Origin: Methylococcaceae bacterium UBA2780
Lineage (GTDB): Bacteria > Pseudomonadota > Gammaproteobacteria > Methylococcales > UBA2780
NCBI GenBank assembly: GCA_002352345.1
Contig: DEIG01000011.1
Location: 46,801-110,800 of the forward strand
Direction of reading: 5' to 3'
DNA length: 64,000 bases
In this document: positions 19,812 to 28,415 of the stretch, piece by piece
How the letters are laid out: every line of letters begins with the position of its first letter
How positions within the stretch are numbered: the first letter of the stretch is position 1
Translations under genes and position numbers: made by a program
The notes under the pieces: model-generated
Databases searched by the model: none
What the model was told of the DNA's origin: nothing
What the model saw: only the letters and a program-made list of their open reading frames with translations

Positions 19812-20689
19812 AAGAATGGAACCGAGTACTACCCAGCTCTCTGCTTATTGTCCTTTTCAGCTTGAGCACTGGAGCTGCCGCCAAAGAGCCTGAACCAGAA
19901 GAAGACCTCCGCTGGTACCAAGTGGAGGTCATTCTTTTTACGCAAAACGATGGCGCTTCACTTTCAGAGGAAAATTGGAGCCATGAAAACGGCGTGGAGT
20001 TCCCACAAGAGGTTCAAGAGCTTTATCTTGGAGAAACAAGCTTAAAAGAGCTACCTGTAGAACCCATCCCATTTTCTACAATTCTAGAAAATGAAGCCAG
20101 TTTAAACGGCATCTTCAGAAAATTTTCTCGATCTGCGCAAACAGAGCCCGCAATTCATCTGTCGTGGATCCAACCCACAAAGAAAGAGAGCCCACTCGAT
20201 AATGTGCATATCTATCCAGGTGCAGGAGCAACACCCTATATTAAGGAGCTACCTAGTGAAAGCACATTGCCCATCCCGGAAACTGAAAACCAAGAGAGTA
20301 CAGTTTATGAGCCAGGGCTTGGATTTGATGGTCTTATTAGCCTAAAAAGAGGCCATTATCTCCACCTAAATATAGATATGGGCTTTCAAGAGAGGACTGT
20401 GTCTAGCTCTTCTGAAGCCATTTTTAACGACGATGCCTTTTATTCAGAAGCTGTAGAAGTGCCGAGTTATTCAAGCTATCGGATGAAACAAAAAAGAAGA
20501 ATCCGCTCCGGAGAAATTCACTATTTTGATCACCCACGATTTGGGCTAATCGCACAAGTGACACCTATTGAACTGCCTGAACCCGAAGTAATTATAGAAG
20601 AGCCTGTTAAACCACTCGAACTGCCTATTCCTGTCGATAATAAAAGTAAGCGAACCTCAACATCACTCAATCCGGTCGAGAAAAACTGA
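19808..20689 (+). CDS. CsiV-like (DUF2803) periplasmic protein
   Basis: 293 aa with a signal peptide and the motifs YQVEVILF and HYFDHPRFG, which I associate with the CsiV/DUF2803 family that commonly follows mfd. Its start overlaps the mfd stop (ATGA). Confidence 0.55.
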   Translation: MKEWNRVLPSSLLIVLFSLSTGAAAKEPEPEEDLRWYQVEVILFTQNDGASLSEENWSHENGVEFPQEVQELYLGETSLKELPVEPIPFSTILENEASLNGIFRKFSRSAQTEPAIHLSWIQPTKKESPLDNVHIYPGAGATPYIKELPSESTLPIPETENQESTVYEPGLGFDGLISLKRGHYLHLNIDMGFQERTVSSSSEAIFNDDAFYSEAVEVPSYSSYRMKQKRRIRSGEIHYFDHPRFGLIAQVTPIELPEPEVIIEEPVKPLELPIPVDNKSKRTSTSLNPVEKN

Positions 20690-21397
20690 TAATAACTCTT
20701 TCAGGCTGACCATTCCTTGCTCAAGGTTTTTCTCAATCTCTGCCATACTAATTTCGCCTTCAACAAGGCCCGCCCCCCAGTTTGCCACTACCGCACAGGC
20801 AGCGTAATTAAGCCCTGCTTCTCTGGCTAGTGCCGCCTCGGGCATTGCTGTCATTCCAATCAAATCACAACCATCATTTTTAAGTTTACGAACTTCCGCA
20901 GCGCTTTCAAGCCTTGGTCCCTGCGTACAGGCGTAAGTCCCTCCATCAACCACATGGATGCTGCTCTCTTTGGCAGAGGCTAACAGTGCCGCTCGCAAAG
21001 AAGCCGTATAAGGTTCAGTAAAATCTATATGAACAACCTCATCATCTTCGTAAAATGTGGTAATTCTGGAGTGACTGTAATCGATAATCTGATCAGGGAT
21101 AATCAGCTCTCCCGGCCCCATATCAGCACGAATACCACCTACTGCTGCAACTGAAATAACCTGATCAACACCAACATCATTTAATGCCTGGATATTTGCT
21201 CGGTAATTGATTTTGTGTGGTGCGACTGTATGCTCAGCTCCATGCCTTGCTAAAAAGACAAGCTCAACACCTTTCCAAAGACCGAAAGTGAGCGCAGAAG
21301 AGGGAGAACCCCAAACTGTGTCAACCTCTTCCTTTTTTAGGATCTCGAACGAATCGAGTTGATCGAGCCCTGTCCCTCCGATGATTGCCAATTTCAT
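20663..21397 (-). CDS. S-methyl-5'-thioadenosine/thioinosine phosphorylase (MTAP family)
   Basis: 244 aa of the purine nucleoside phosphorylase family-2 fold (MKLAIIGGTG...). Its size and position next to hpt/nagZ resemble the Pseudomonas MTI phosphorylase. Confidence 0.85.
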   Translation of the reverse strand: MKLAIIGGTGLDQLDSFEILKKEEVDTVWGSPSSALTFGLWKGVELVFLARHGAEHTVAPHKINYRANIQALNDVGVDQVISVAAVGGIRADMGPGELIIPDQIIDYSHSRITTFYEDDEVVHIDFTEPYTASLRAALLASAKESSIHVVDGGTYACTQGPRLESAAEVRKLKNDGCDLIGMTAMPEAALAREAGLNYAACAVVANWGAGLVEGEISMAEIEKNLEQGMVSLKELLSVFLDRIE

Positions 21398-21415
21398 CTA
21401 CTGCTCCTGTCTCTT

Positions 21416-21445
21416 AATTTAGTGGATAGAAATATTTTAATGCAA
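21416..21445 (-). promoter_or_regulatory. Candidate sigma-70 promoter of the MTAP-family gene
   Basis: On the minus strand, TTGCAT (21445-21440), an 18-nt spacer and TAAATT (21421-21416), then an AGGAG RBS before the ATG at 21397. Confidence 0.35.
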
Positions 21446-21463
21446 AGGTGCGAAGAAAAGATT

Positions 21464-21504
21464 CCAAGTTACACACGTTTATCCCATAAACTTGTGTAAC
21501 TTGG
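21464..21504 (-). terminator. Long hairpin, probable hpt terminator
   Basis: 19-bp inverted repeat CCAAGTTACACACGTTTAT / ATAAACTTGTGTAACTTGG with one mismatch and a 3-nt loop. On the minus strand it is followed by AATCTTTTCTT, 117 nt downstream of the hpt stop. Confidence 0.5.
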
Positions 21505-21620
21505 CCTTTAGCCAAGCGAATCAACCGATATTAGAACTACTATTAGTCATACTAAAACCTAATAAAACCAATTAGTGCCTTTGTATCTTAGCGTCCCTAC
21601 GCTCTTTTTTTCACCTACAT

Positions 21621-22160
21621 CTATTCCCTTAATGCATAAATCCCCGCCGCATTCCGCAGGTAGTGCTTATAATCGAGCCCATAGCCAAAAAGATAACGAT
21701 TGCCCGTTAATAGGCCAACAAAATCTGCCCGACAGGGTTTCTCTACCTCCAGCTCTTTTTCCACAAGAACTGCACTATAAACAGACTTAGCCCCTTTTGA
21801 GCGGCAAAATTTCATTGTCTCATCAAGCGTAATTCCTTCGTCCAAAATATCATCCAGAATTAGAACCGCCCTGTTTTCAATATCAATCCCAGGCGTGTGG
21901 ATCCACTCAAGAACATCCCCTACCGTTTTCCCTTGGTAGCGACTAGCGTGGATATAATCGACCTGTAGAGGAAAATCTAATTGCGTTAAGAGCTTCCCTG
22001 TGAAGATAACCGCTCCGTTCATCAAGCAGAGTACTAAAGGGTTCTCTCTTTTTAACTTCTCTGATATTTCTTCTGCAAGCCGACTAATCGCCCTTTCAAC
22101 CTGCTCTTCCGTATATAAACAGTCGGCTGATGCTAGAACTGCTTCAATTTCTTCAATCAT
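21621..22160 (-). CDS. hpt: Hypoxanthine-guanine phosphoribosyltransferase
   Basis: 179 aa with the PRPP-binding motif VLILDDILDEGITL. Overlaps the nagZ stop. Confidence 0.9.
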   Translation of the reverse strand: MIEEIEAVLASADCLYTEEQVERAISRLAEEISEKLKRENPLVLCLMNGAVIFTGKLLTQLDFPLQVDYIHASRYQGKTVGDVLEWIHTPGIDIENRAVLILDDILDEGITLDETMKFCRSKGAKSVYSAVLVEKELEVEKPCRADFVGLLTGNRYLFGYGLDYKHYLRNAAGIYALRE

Positions 22161-23191
22161 AATAGAGCTTCAATTTCCTCTGCCGCTTGCTGCCACTCTT
22201 TACTCTCCACCAACTTCTGCCGATCAACAGGAAATTTCCCCACCATCATCTCAAGCCGTTTAGATGACTCAGGACTTTGCTCTAAACAGCTCCCATTCAA
22301 AACCTCCTCTGTTGCACCCGAATCATTACAAACCAACACCATATCGCATCCGGCCTTTAATGCTTCACGTGCTCTCTGAGGATAGCCACCCATGCACGAT
22401 GCCCCTTCCATACTCAAGTCATCGCTAAATATGACCCCATTAAAGCCAAGCTGACGACGCAAAATATCTTTAATCCACTTTTCAGAGAAACCGGCAGGTT
22501 TATCATCGACCTGACGATAAATGATATGCGCCGGCATAATCCCTTCTAGCCCCTCATCAACCAATATCTTAAAAGGTGGTAAATCATGCTGTTCAATCAG
22601 TTCGAAAGCGCGGTCGTCTTCCGGAATGGCAATATGCGAATCGGGCGCGACACTACCATGCCCCGGAAAGTGCTTTCCTACAGCGGCCATTCCCGCTCGG
22701 TTCATCCCTTTTCGATAGGCCGATGTCAACATTCCCACCTGCTCAGGATTTTCTGAAAAAGAGCGATCTCCAATAATCTCACTTATTCCGCAATCAACAT
22801 CCAGTACGGGGGCAAAGCTGAAATCGACATCCACTGAACGCAGCTCGATTGCCATTAACCAGCCAGCCAACTCAGACAATCTCAATGCCTCTTCAAAGCT
22901 GCCCGATTTATCTAAAAAACTACGTGCCGCAGGCAACCGAGTAAAACCCTCTCTAAAACGTTGAACACGCCCTCCTTCATGATCAACCGCCACTAACAGA
23001 GGTTTTCCTGCAGCAGCACGCAAAGAGCAGATCAAATCTCTAATCTGCTCAGGAGAATCATAATGGCGCGAAAAAAGAATGATTCCGCCAACACTCTCTT
23101 GTTTTAAAAACGCTTTTTCCTGCTCGGCTAATTCTTTACCCTGAATATCAGTCATTAAAGGGCCAATCGGTGTGGTCGATCTCATATTCAT
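22157..23191 (-). CDS. nagZ: Beta-N-acetylhexosaminidase
   Basis: 344 aa, glycoside hydrolase family 3, with the KHFPGHG motif and NagZ length. Confidence 0.92.
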   Translation of the reverse strand: MNMRSTTPIGPLMTDIQGKELAEQEKAFLKQESVGGIILFSRHYDSPEQIRDLICSLRAAAGKPLLVAVDHEGGRVQRFREGFTRLPAARSFLDKSGSFEEALRLSELAGWLMAIELRSVDVDFSFAPVLDVDCGISEIIGDRSFSENPEQVGMLTSAYRKGMNRAGMAAVGKHFPGHGSVAPDSHIAIPEDDRAFELIEQHDLPPFKILVDEGLEGIMPAHIIYRQVDDKPAGFSEKWIKDILRRQLGFNGVIFSDDLSMEGASCMGGYPQRAREALKAGCDMVLVCNDSGATEEVLNGSCLEQSPESSKRLEMMVGKFPVDRQKLVESKEWQQAAEEIEALL

Positions 23192-23282
23192 GGTCTATTA
23201 TTTTGGGTTATAAAAGTTACTGCCATTGTATGGCCTTTAAACCATTTTCTAAAATTAACACCGCTTTAAAAGGGAGATTTCT

Positions 23283-23684
23283 GTGCGTTACCTAGTCTTA
23301 TTGCTTAGCCTATTTCTATTTTCCGGCCTTTCGTATGCAGAAGATGACGAAGAGAGTGAAGAGGTGGCAAAACCATCGGTGGAGTACATAGCCTTAAAGC
23401 CCGACATTACAGTAAACCTGCTCGGAAAAAGACACTACCTTCGCACCTCTGTACAGTTGCTTGCTGAGGGAGAAAATGCTGACATCGTAAAAAATAACCT
23501 GCCTCCTCTGCGCCACACATTAATTATCGAACTGAGCAACCTTGAGCCAGAAAAGTTACTCAACATCAAAAAACGAGAAAAGATAAGAAAAGGAATCGTT
23601 AAAGAACTTCAAAAAACACTTGAAGAGACTGCAGGAAAAGGTGAGTTAAAAGATCTTTATTTCACTACTTTTTTAGTACAGTAA
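23283..23684 (+). CDS. FliL-like protein
   Basis: 133 aa with a GTG start preceded by GGGAGA and an N-terminal signal/anchor. The pattern Y..L.P...VNL.....YL......L matches the FliL family. It is not in a flagellar cluster. Confidence 0.5.
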   Translation: MRYLVLLLSLFLFSGLSYAEDDEESEEVAKPSVEYIALKPDITVNLLGKRHYLRTSVQLLAEGENADIVKNNLPPLRHTLIIELSNLEPEKLLNIKKREKIRKGIVKELQKTLEETAGKGELKDLYFTTFLVQ

Positions 23685-23689
23685 AAGCC

Positions 23690-24178
23690 TTAGTAAATTA
23701 GAACTTCTATTCCAGTAGACACCTGATCAAACAACTCAATAATATCGCTATTTATCATACGGATGCAGCCATGCGAGCCGGCTTCTCCATCAATTAAATT
23801 GTCAGGGCAACCGTGCAGATAAATATAGCGCCAAAAGGTATCAACCACCCCAAAGCGATTAATCCCTGGCTCAAGCCCTGATAGCCAAAGAATGCGACTC
23901 AATATCCAGTCACGTTGAGGGTTTTGCTCATCAAGTTTTGCTGAATAAATCTCCCCTGTTGGCCGCCTGCCGATAAAAACAGCGCCAGCAGGAGCATTCT
24001 CACCAATTTTCGCCCGAATCTGATGCCTGCCTCTTGGCGTGCATTCACTGCCAGATTGCTCACCCGGCCCATTTTTTGCGGTCGAAACAGGATATTCACA
24101 AATAACATCTTCACCTTTCACCAGGCGAAGTCTTTGCGCCTCCAGACTGATTTCTATTCGCAAACTAGGAGCCATCAC
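23690..24178 (-). CDS. L,D-transpeptidase (YkuD domain) family protein
   Basis: 162 aa with the catalytic motif HGCIRM near the C-terminus. Confidence 0.8.
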   Translation of the reverse strand: MMAPSLRIEISLEAQRLRLVKGEDVICEYPVSTAKNGPGEQSGSECTPRGRHQIRAKIGENAPAGAVFIGRRPTGEIYSAKLDEQNPQRDWILSRILWLSGLEPGINRFGVVDTFWRYIYLHGCPDNLIDGEAGSHGCIRMINSDIIELFDQVSTGIEVLIY

Positions 24179-24193
24179 CTTATCATTAGATCA

Positions 24194-25525
24194 TTAGCGC
24201 TTTTCAAATAGCGCAATCGACTCAACATGCGCTGTATGCGGAAACATATCCATCACACCTGCTTTTATCAATTTAAAGCCTAATTCATGCACTAGGATAT
24301 CACTGTCTCTCGCCAAGGTAGAGGGGTTACATGAGACGTAAACAACCGTTTTAACGCCCAAAGCTGGTAGCTTTTCGATCACCTCTTTCGCACCCGCACG
24401 TGAAGGGTCTAGCAGAACTTTTGTAAATTTCTCTTTCGCCCAAGGCTGGCCTTTTAACTCTTTGAAAAGATCTGCCGCATAAAAGTGAACATTATCCAAC
24501 CCATTCTTTTTTGCATTCTCGGTTGCTCTTTTAACAAGAACATCACTGCCCTCAACTCCAACCACTTCACCCGCTTTTTTGGCAATCGGCAAGGTAAAAT
24601 TGCCTAATCCACAAAACAGATCAAGAATGCGATCTTCTGGGGTTGGGTTGAGCGTCTCAATAACCCGGCGAATCATTTTACGGTTTATTTCAGGGTTGAC
24701 CTGCGTGAAGTCGGTTGGCAAAAAAGAAAACTCAACCGATTCATCAGGCAGAGAGTAGCTCAGTTCAGGAACCGGCTGCCCATCCAGTGTCACAACGGTA
24801 TCTGGGCCTCCGCGTTGCAGGCAGATAGTGAAACCCTCCTGCTCTCCAAATGCTGACATTTTGAGTAGATCATCTGGTGTCACATCCTCCAGAATTCGAA
24901 ATACGAGAACAACGTGCGCTTCACCAACTGCCACCTCAATCTGGGGCAGTTTACTGCGAACAGACAGTGTTCCGATCAACTCAGAGAGTAGCTCTAACTT
25001 TTCTCCCACGGAGGGGTGAAGAACTGGGCAGCTTTTAATATCAGCAACAAAGGCACTCCGTTTCTCACGAAAGCCAACTAAAACACGCCCTTTCTTGTCG
25101 ACATTTTTAACACCCAGCCGAGCTTTATGGCGATAACCCCAAACGGGGCCCGTTAAGGGAGGCCAAAGCTCAAACTCTTCAATCTTGCCTATTCGCTTAA
25201 ACTGCTCCTGCAGGAGTGTCTGCTTCTCAAGAATCTGGTTTTCATCTGAAATATGTTGCCAGCTACAACCACCACACAGTCCAAAGTGTTCGCACTTCGG
25301 CTCAATTCTGATTGGGGAGCGGCTAAACAGCTTCTCAATACGTCCTTCGGCAAAATCTCTGCGCCTATCCGTATAGATAAAGGAGATTTTTTCACCCGGT
25401 AACGCACCATCAATAAAATGGACTTTGCCATCAAGGTGAGCCACCCCTTTCCCATCGTGGGAGAGCGATTCTATTTCTGCTTCAAATGGTTCTGTTGGGA
25501 GGTTTCTACGTCTTCTTCTTGCCAC
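24194..25525 (-). CDS. rlmD: 23S rRNA (uracil1939-C5)-methyltransferase
   Basis: 443 aa with an N-terminal TRAM domain, the Fe-S cysteines CEHFGLCGGCSWQH, the SAM motif DLFCGLGNF and a C-terminal catalytic Cys (VSCNP). Confidence 0.9.
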   Translation of the reverse strand: MARRRRRNLPTEPFEAEIESLSHDGKGVAHLDGKVHFIDGALPGEKISFIYTDRRRDFAEGRIEKLFSRSPIRIEPKCEHFGLCGGCSWQHISDENQILEKQTLLQEQFKRIGKIEEFELWPPLTGPVWGYRHKARLGVKNVDKKGRVLVGFREKRSAFVADIKSCPVLHPSVGEKLELLSELIGTLSVRSKLPQIEVAVGEAHVVLVFRILEDVTPDDLLKMSAFGEQEGFTICLQRGGPDTVVTLDGQPVPELSYSLPDESVEFSFLPTDFTQVNPEINRKMIRRVIETLNPTPEDRILDLFCGLGNFTLPIAKKAGEVVGVEGSDVLVKRATENAKKNGLDNVHFYAADLFKELKGQPWAKEKFTKVLLDPSRAGAKEVIEKLPALGVKTVVYVSCNPSTLARDSDILVHELGFKLIKAGVMDMFPHTAHVESIALFEKR

Positions 25526-25527
25526 AC

Positions 25528-26418
25528 TTATTCCGGAAATAGGTCAGTTGAGAGATACCGGTCACCCCGGTCACAAATAATGGCGACAATTATCGCATTC
25601 TCAACCTCTTTTGACAGCTCCAAAGCAGCAGAAACTGCCCCACCCGAAGAGGTTCCGGCAAAAATACCCTCTTTTGATGCAAGCGCGCGGGTTATCTCTT
25701 CTGCTGCCTCCTGAGTTACATCCATAATTCGATCAACACGAGTCGCATCATAAATCTTTGGCAGATAAGCTTTGGGCCAGCGGCGAATACCGGGGATCCC
25801 TGCCCCTTCGACTGGTTGAACACCTACAATTTCAATCTCACTATTCTGCTCTTTCAGGAACCTTGAAGTCCCCATTATTGTCCCTGTTGTTCCCATTGCG
25901 CTAACAAAGTGGGTGACACCTTCTTTTGTATCTCGCCAAATTTCTGGCCCCGTTCCTTCGTAGTGTGCCCTTGGGTTATCTAGGTTTGAGAACTGATCGA
26001 GAATCCGCCCAACGCCCTCCTTCTCCATCGCTCGCGCGCGATCAATCGCCCCCTCCATGCTTTCATCCTGGGGCGTTAAAATAATCTCTGCACCAAACGC
26101 CTTCATCACCGCTCGTCTTTCCACGCTCATATGTTCCGGCATCAACAAGATCATTTTGTAACCTTTAATTGCTGCGGCCATCGCAAGCGCAATACCTGTA
26201 TTACCACTCGTTGCCTCAATCAGGCAGTCACCCTCCTTGATCTCCCCCCTTGCCTCAGCATGCTGAATCATACTCAAAGCAGGACGGTCTTTGACTGAAC
26301 CGGCTGGATTATTCCCTTCCAATTTCACCAAAATCTGATTGTTTGTATTACCAGGGAGGCGCTGCAATCTCACCAATGGCGTATTGCCAACAAATGCCTC
26401 AATAGAAGGGAAGTTCAT
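25528..26418 (-). CDS. cysM: Cysteine synthase B
   Basis: 296 aa with the PLP-lysine motif NPAGSVKDRPA. Its size and adjacency to rlmD follow the known cysM-rumA arrangement. Confidence 0.88.
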   Translation of the reverse strand: MNFPSIEAFVGNTPLVRLQRLPGNTNNQILVKLEGNNPAGSVKDRPALSMIQHAEARGEIKEGDCLIEATSGNTGIALAMAAAIKGYKMILLMPEHMSVERRAVMKAFGAEIILTPQDESMEGAIDRARAMEKEGVGRILDQFSNLDNPRAHYEGTGPEIWRDTKEGVTHFVSAMGTTGTIMGTSRFLKEQNSEIEIVGVQPVEGAGIPGIRRWPKAYLPKIYDATRVDRIMDVTQEAAEEITRALASKEGIFAGTSSGGAVSAALELSKEVENAIIVAIICDRGDRYLSTDLFPE

Positions 26419-26531
26419 TTATGCTCCAAAAAACCGTTTGAAAAAGCCCATTGATCAATGCGTGAACAATAGATTTGGCCTGTGTTAGAATCGCTCAGGA
26501 TTTAATAAAAGTACCGATTTTATATTGCCGC

Positions 26532-28415
26532 GTGCTCAATAAAAAAGACAATAACAATTTTGCATATCTTATAGCGCTGGCATTCTCAGTTTTGCCCCAT
26601 TTTGCCTGTGCAAGTGAAGAACTTTTCGAGCCTAGCAGCTATTTTCTCGATGAAGTGCCAACGGTTCTTTCTGCAAACCGTCTTGCCACGCCACAAATTG
26701 AAGCACCTGCCGCAATGACTGTTATTGATAAGCGGTTAATTGAAGCTTCTGGTGCGAAAGAAATTACCGACCTCTTCAGGCTTGTTCCCGGCATGCAGGT
26801 TGGCCATTTTAGCGGCCATTTCCCAATCGTAAGCTACCATGGCATGTCTGATATTTTCTCTCGACGGATGCAGGTACTCGTCGATGGCAGCTCAGTCTAC
26901 CTTCCCTCCTCTGGTGGTATTTCATGGAGTGATCTACCTTGGCAGGTTGAAGATATAGAGCGTATCGAAGTGACCCGTGGCCCAGCAGCAGCAACGTATG
27001 GCCCCAACTCTTTTTTGGGCGTGATCAACATCATTACAACACATGCGTCACAGGATCAAGGAACAACACTGAAGGCTACTGGAGGCGAAAGAGGTTATCG
27101 CCGCACGCAGCTGCGAAATAGCAGTTCGAATGGAAAACTTGATTATCGCATTAACCTCACCTATCTAGAAGACGATGGCCTACCTCACGCATACGATAGT
27201 CAACGAACCAATAGCGTTAATAGTCGATTAGATTATCAATTAACACAGCAAGATGAACTGCTTTTAAATTTTGGCTATAGCGAAGGCCCTAGAGATTATC
27301 TATCTGCCGACGCATCACAAGAAAGAGAATCGTTTTACTCGAGCTTGAAATGGACGCATAGCAGCAGCCCTTCAGAGAAATTTTATCTCAACTTTATGTA
27401 CAGCTATAACAAGCTTGATCAACAAATTTTCAGCTCCAATAATGACCAACGAGCTGAACGGCTTGATGTAGAGTTTCAACATTCATTTTCGGCAACTTCT
27501 GATATTCGCCTCATCTGGGGTTTTGGGCTCAGAGAAGACAAAGCTATGGCACCACTGTGGCTAAACAGCAAAGAGAGCAAAGAGAGCGATTTACAGCGGT
27601 TATTTGCCAATACAGAATGGCATCTAACTGAAAAGTTAATCCTTAATATAGGAGCACTGGTAGAGCATAATTCTCTCACTGAAAGTGACTTCTCCCCTCG
27701 TGTTGCCCTCAATTATCTCTTCCTTCCTAACCACTCACTCCGCATAGTTGCTTCCAGCTCTACACGTACTCCTACCATTACAGAAGAACACCTCAACCAC
27801 ACATTTGGCCCGACCCCAATCACTGTAAGTACCGGCAACCTAGGCTCTGAAGAATCAAACTATTTTGAGTTCGGCTATCATGCTCAAACTCTAAATAACA
27901 GACTGTCAGGCGATCTTAAATTTTACAAACAGTCTTTCGACAACCTCATTAGCAGCAAACCGACTGCTCTCCTCCCACTCATTGTTGATAATAGGGATTC
28001 TGCCAATAACAAGGGGGTCGAGGCTGAAGTAAATTATCGCCCTTCACGCCAGACACTTTTCCATGGCGGTTTTTCGCATATCGATATCGATAGTCAGTCA
28101 GCGAACCCTGATTACAACCACTCTGCTCCAAGCACTGACTTTAACCTTCTCGCTTCAACCACTTTTAGAGACAATTGGCGAATTAGCGGAGCATTTTATT
28201 ATCGTGATGAAATGGAGTGGCTACGTTCAGAAAACCGCCTCGGAAGGTATCGCCGCCTCGACTTCACGCTCGCCAAAACAATCCGCCTATCTAATAAGGA
28301 GAAAATATCTATCGCGCTCACATTGCAAACTGCGCTTGATAAAAATGAGACATTTGTTGCTAACAATCACGAAGATAACCGTGGGTTTGTTGAAATAAGC
28401 TATCACGTCCAATGA
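26532..28415 (+). CDS. TonB-dependent receptor (paralog 1)
   Basis: A plug domain (LSANRLATPQIEAPAAMTVIDKRLIEASGA, RIEVTRGPAAATYGPNSF) is followed by a beta-barrel. The ORF track starts at TTG 26475, but an extended -10-like TGtTAGAAT at 26483-26491 lies inside that extension. I therefore prefer GTG 26532, which gives the signal peptide ...FSVLPHFACA/SEE. The start is uncertain. Confidence 0.85.
   Translation: MLNKKDNNNFAYLIALAFSVLPHFACASEELFEPSSYFLDEVPTVLSANRLATPQIEAPAAMTVIDKRLIEASGAKEITDLFRLVPGMQVGHFSGHFPIVSYHGMSDIFSRRMQVLVDGSSVYLPSSGGISWSDLPWQVEDIERIEVTRGPAAATYGPNSFLGVINIITTHASQDQGTTLKATGGERGYRRTQLRNSSSNGKLDYRINLTYLEDDGLPHAYDSQRTNSVNSRLDYQLTQQDELLLNFGYSEGPRDYLSADASQERESFYSSLKWTHSSSPSEKFYLNFMYSYNKLDQQIFSSNNDQRAERLDVEFQHSFSATSDIRLIWGFGLREDKAMAPLWLNSKESKESDLQRLFANTEWHLTEKLILNIGALVEHNSLTESDFSPRVALNYLFLPNHSLRIVASSSTRTPTITEEHLNHTFGPTPITVSTGNLGSEESNYFEFGYHAQTLNNRLSGDLKFYKQSFDNLISSKPTALLPLIVDNRDSANNKGVEAEVNYRPSRQTLFHGGFSHIDIDSQSANPDYNHSAPSTDFNLLASTTFRDNWRISGAFYYRDEMEWLRSENRLGRYRRLDFTLAKTIRLSNKEKISIALTLQTALDKNETFVANNHEDNRGFVEISYHVQ

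Noticed and set aside
21590-21611. Weak hairpin (AGCGT-ccct-ACGCT) followed by seven T on the plus strand, considered as the terminator of a plus-strand sRNA in the hpt/MTAP intergenic region
   Set aside because: The stem is only 5 bp, and I found no convincing plus-strand promoter upstream. The region is better explained by the hpt terminator hairpin (21464-21504) plus the MTAP promoter on the minus strand. RNA-seq could revisit this.
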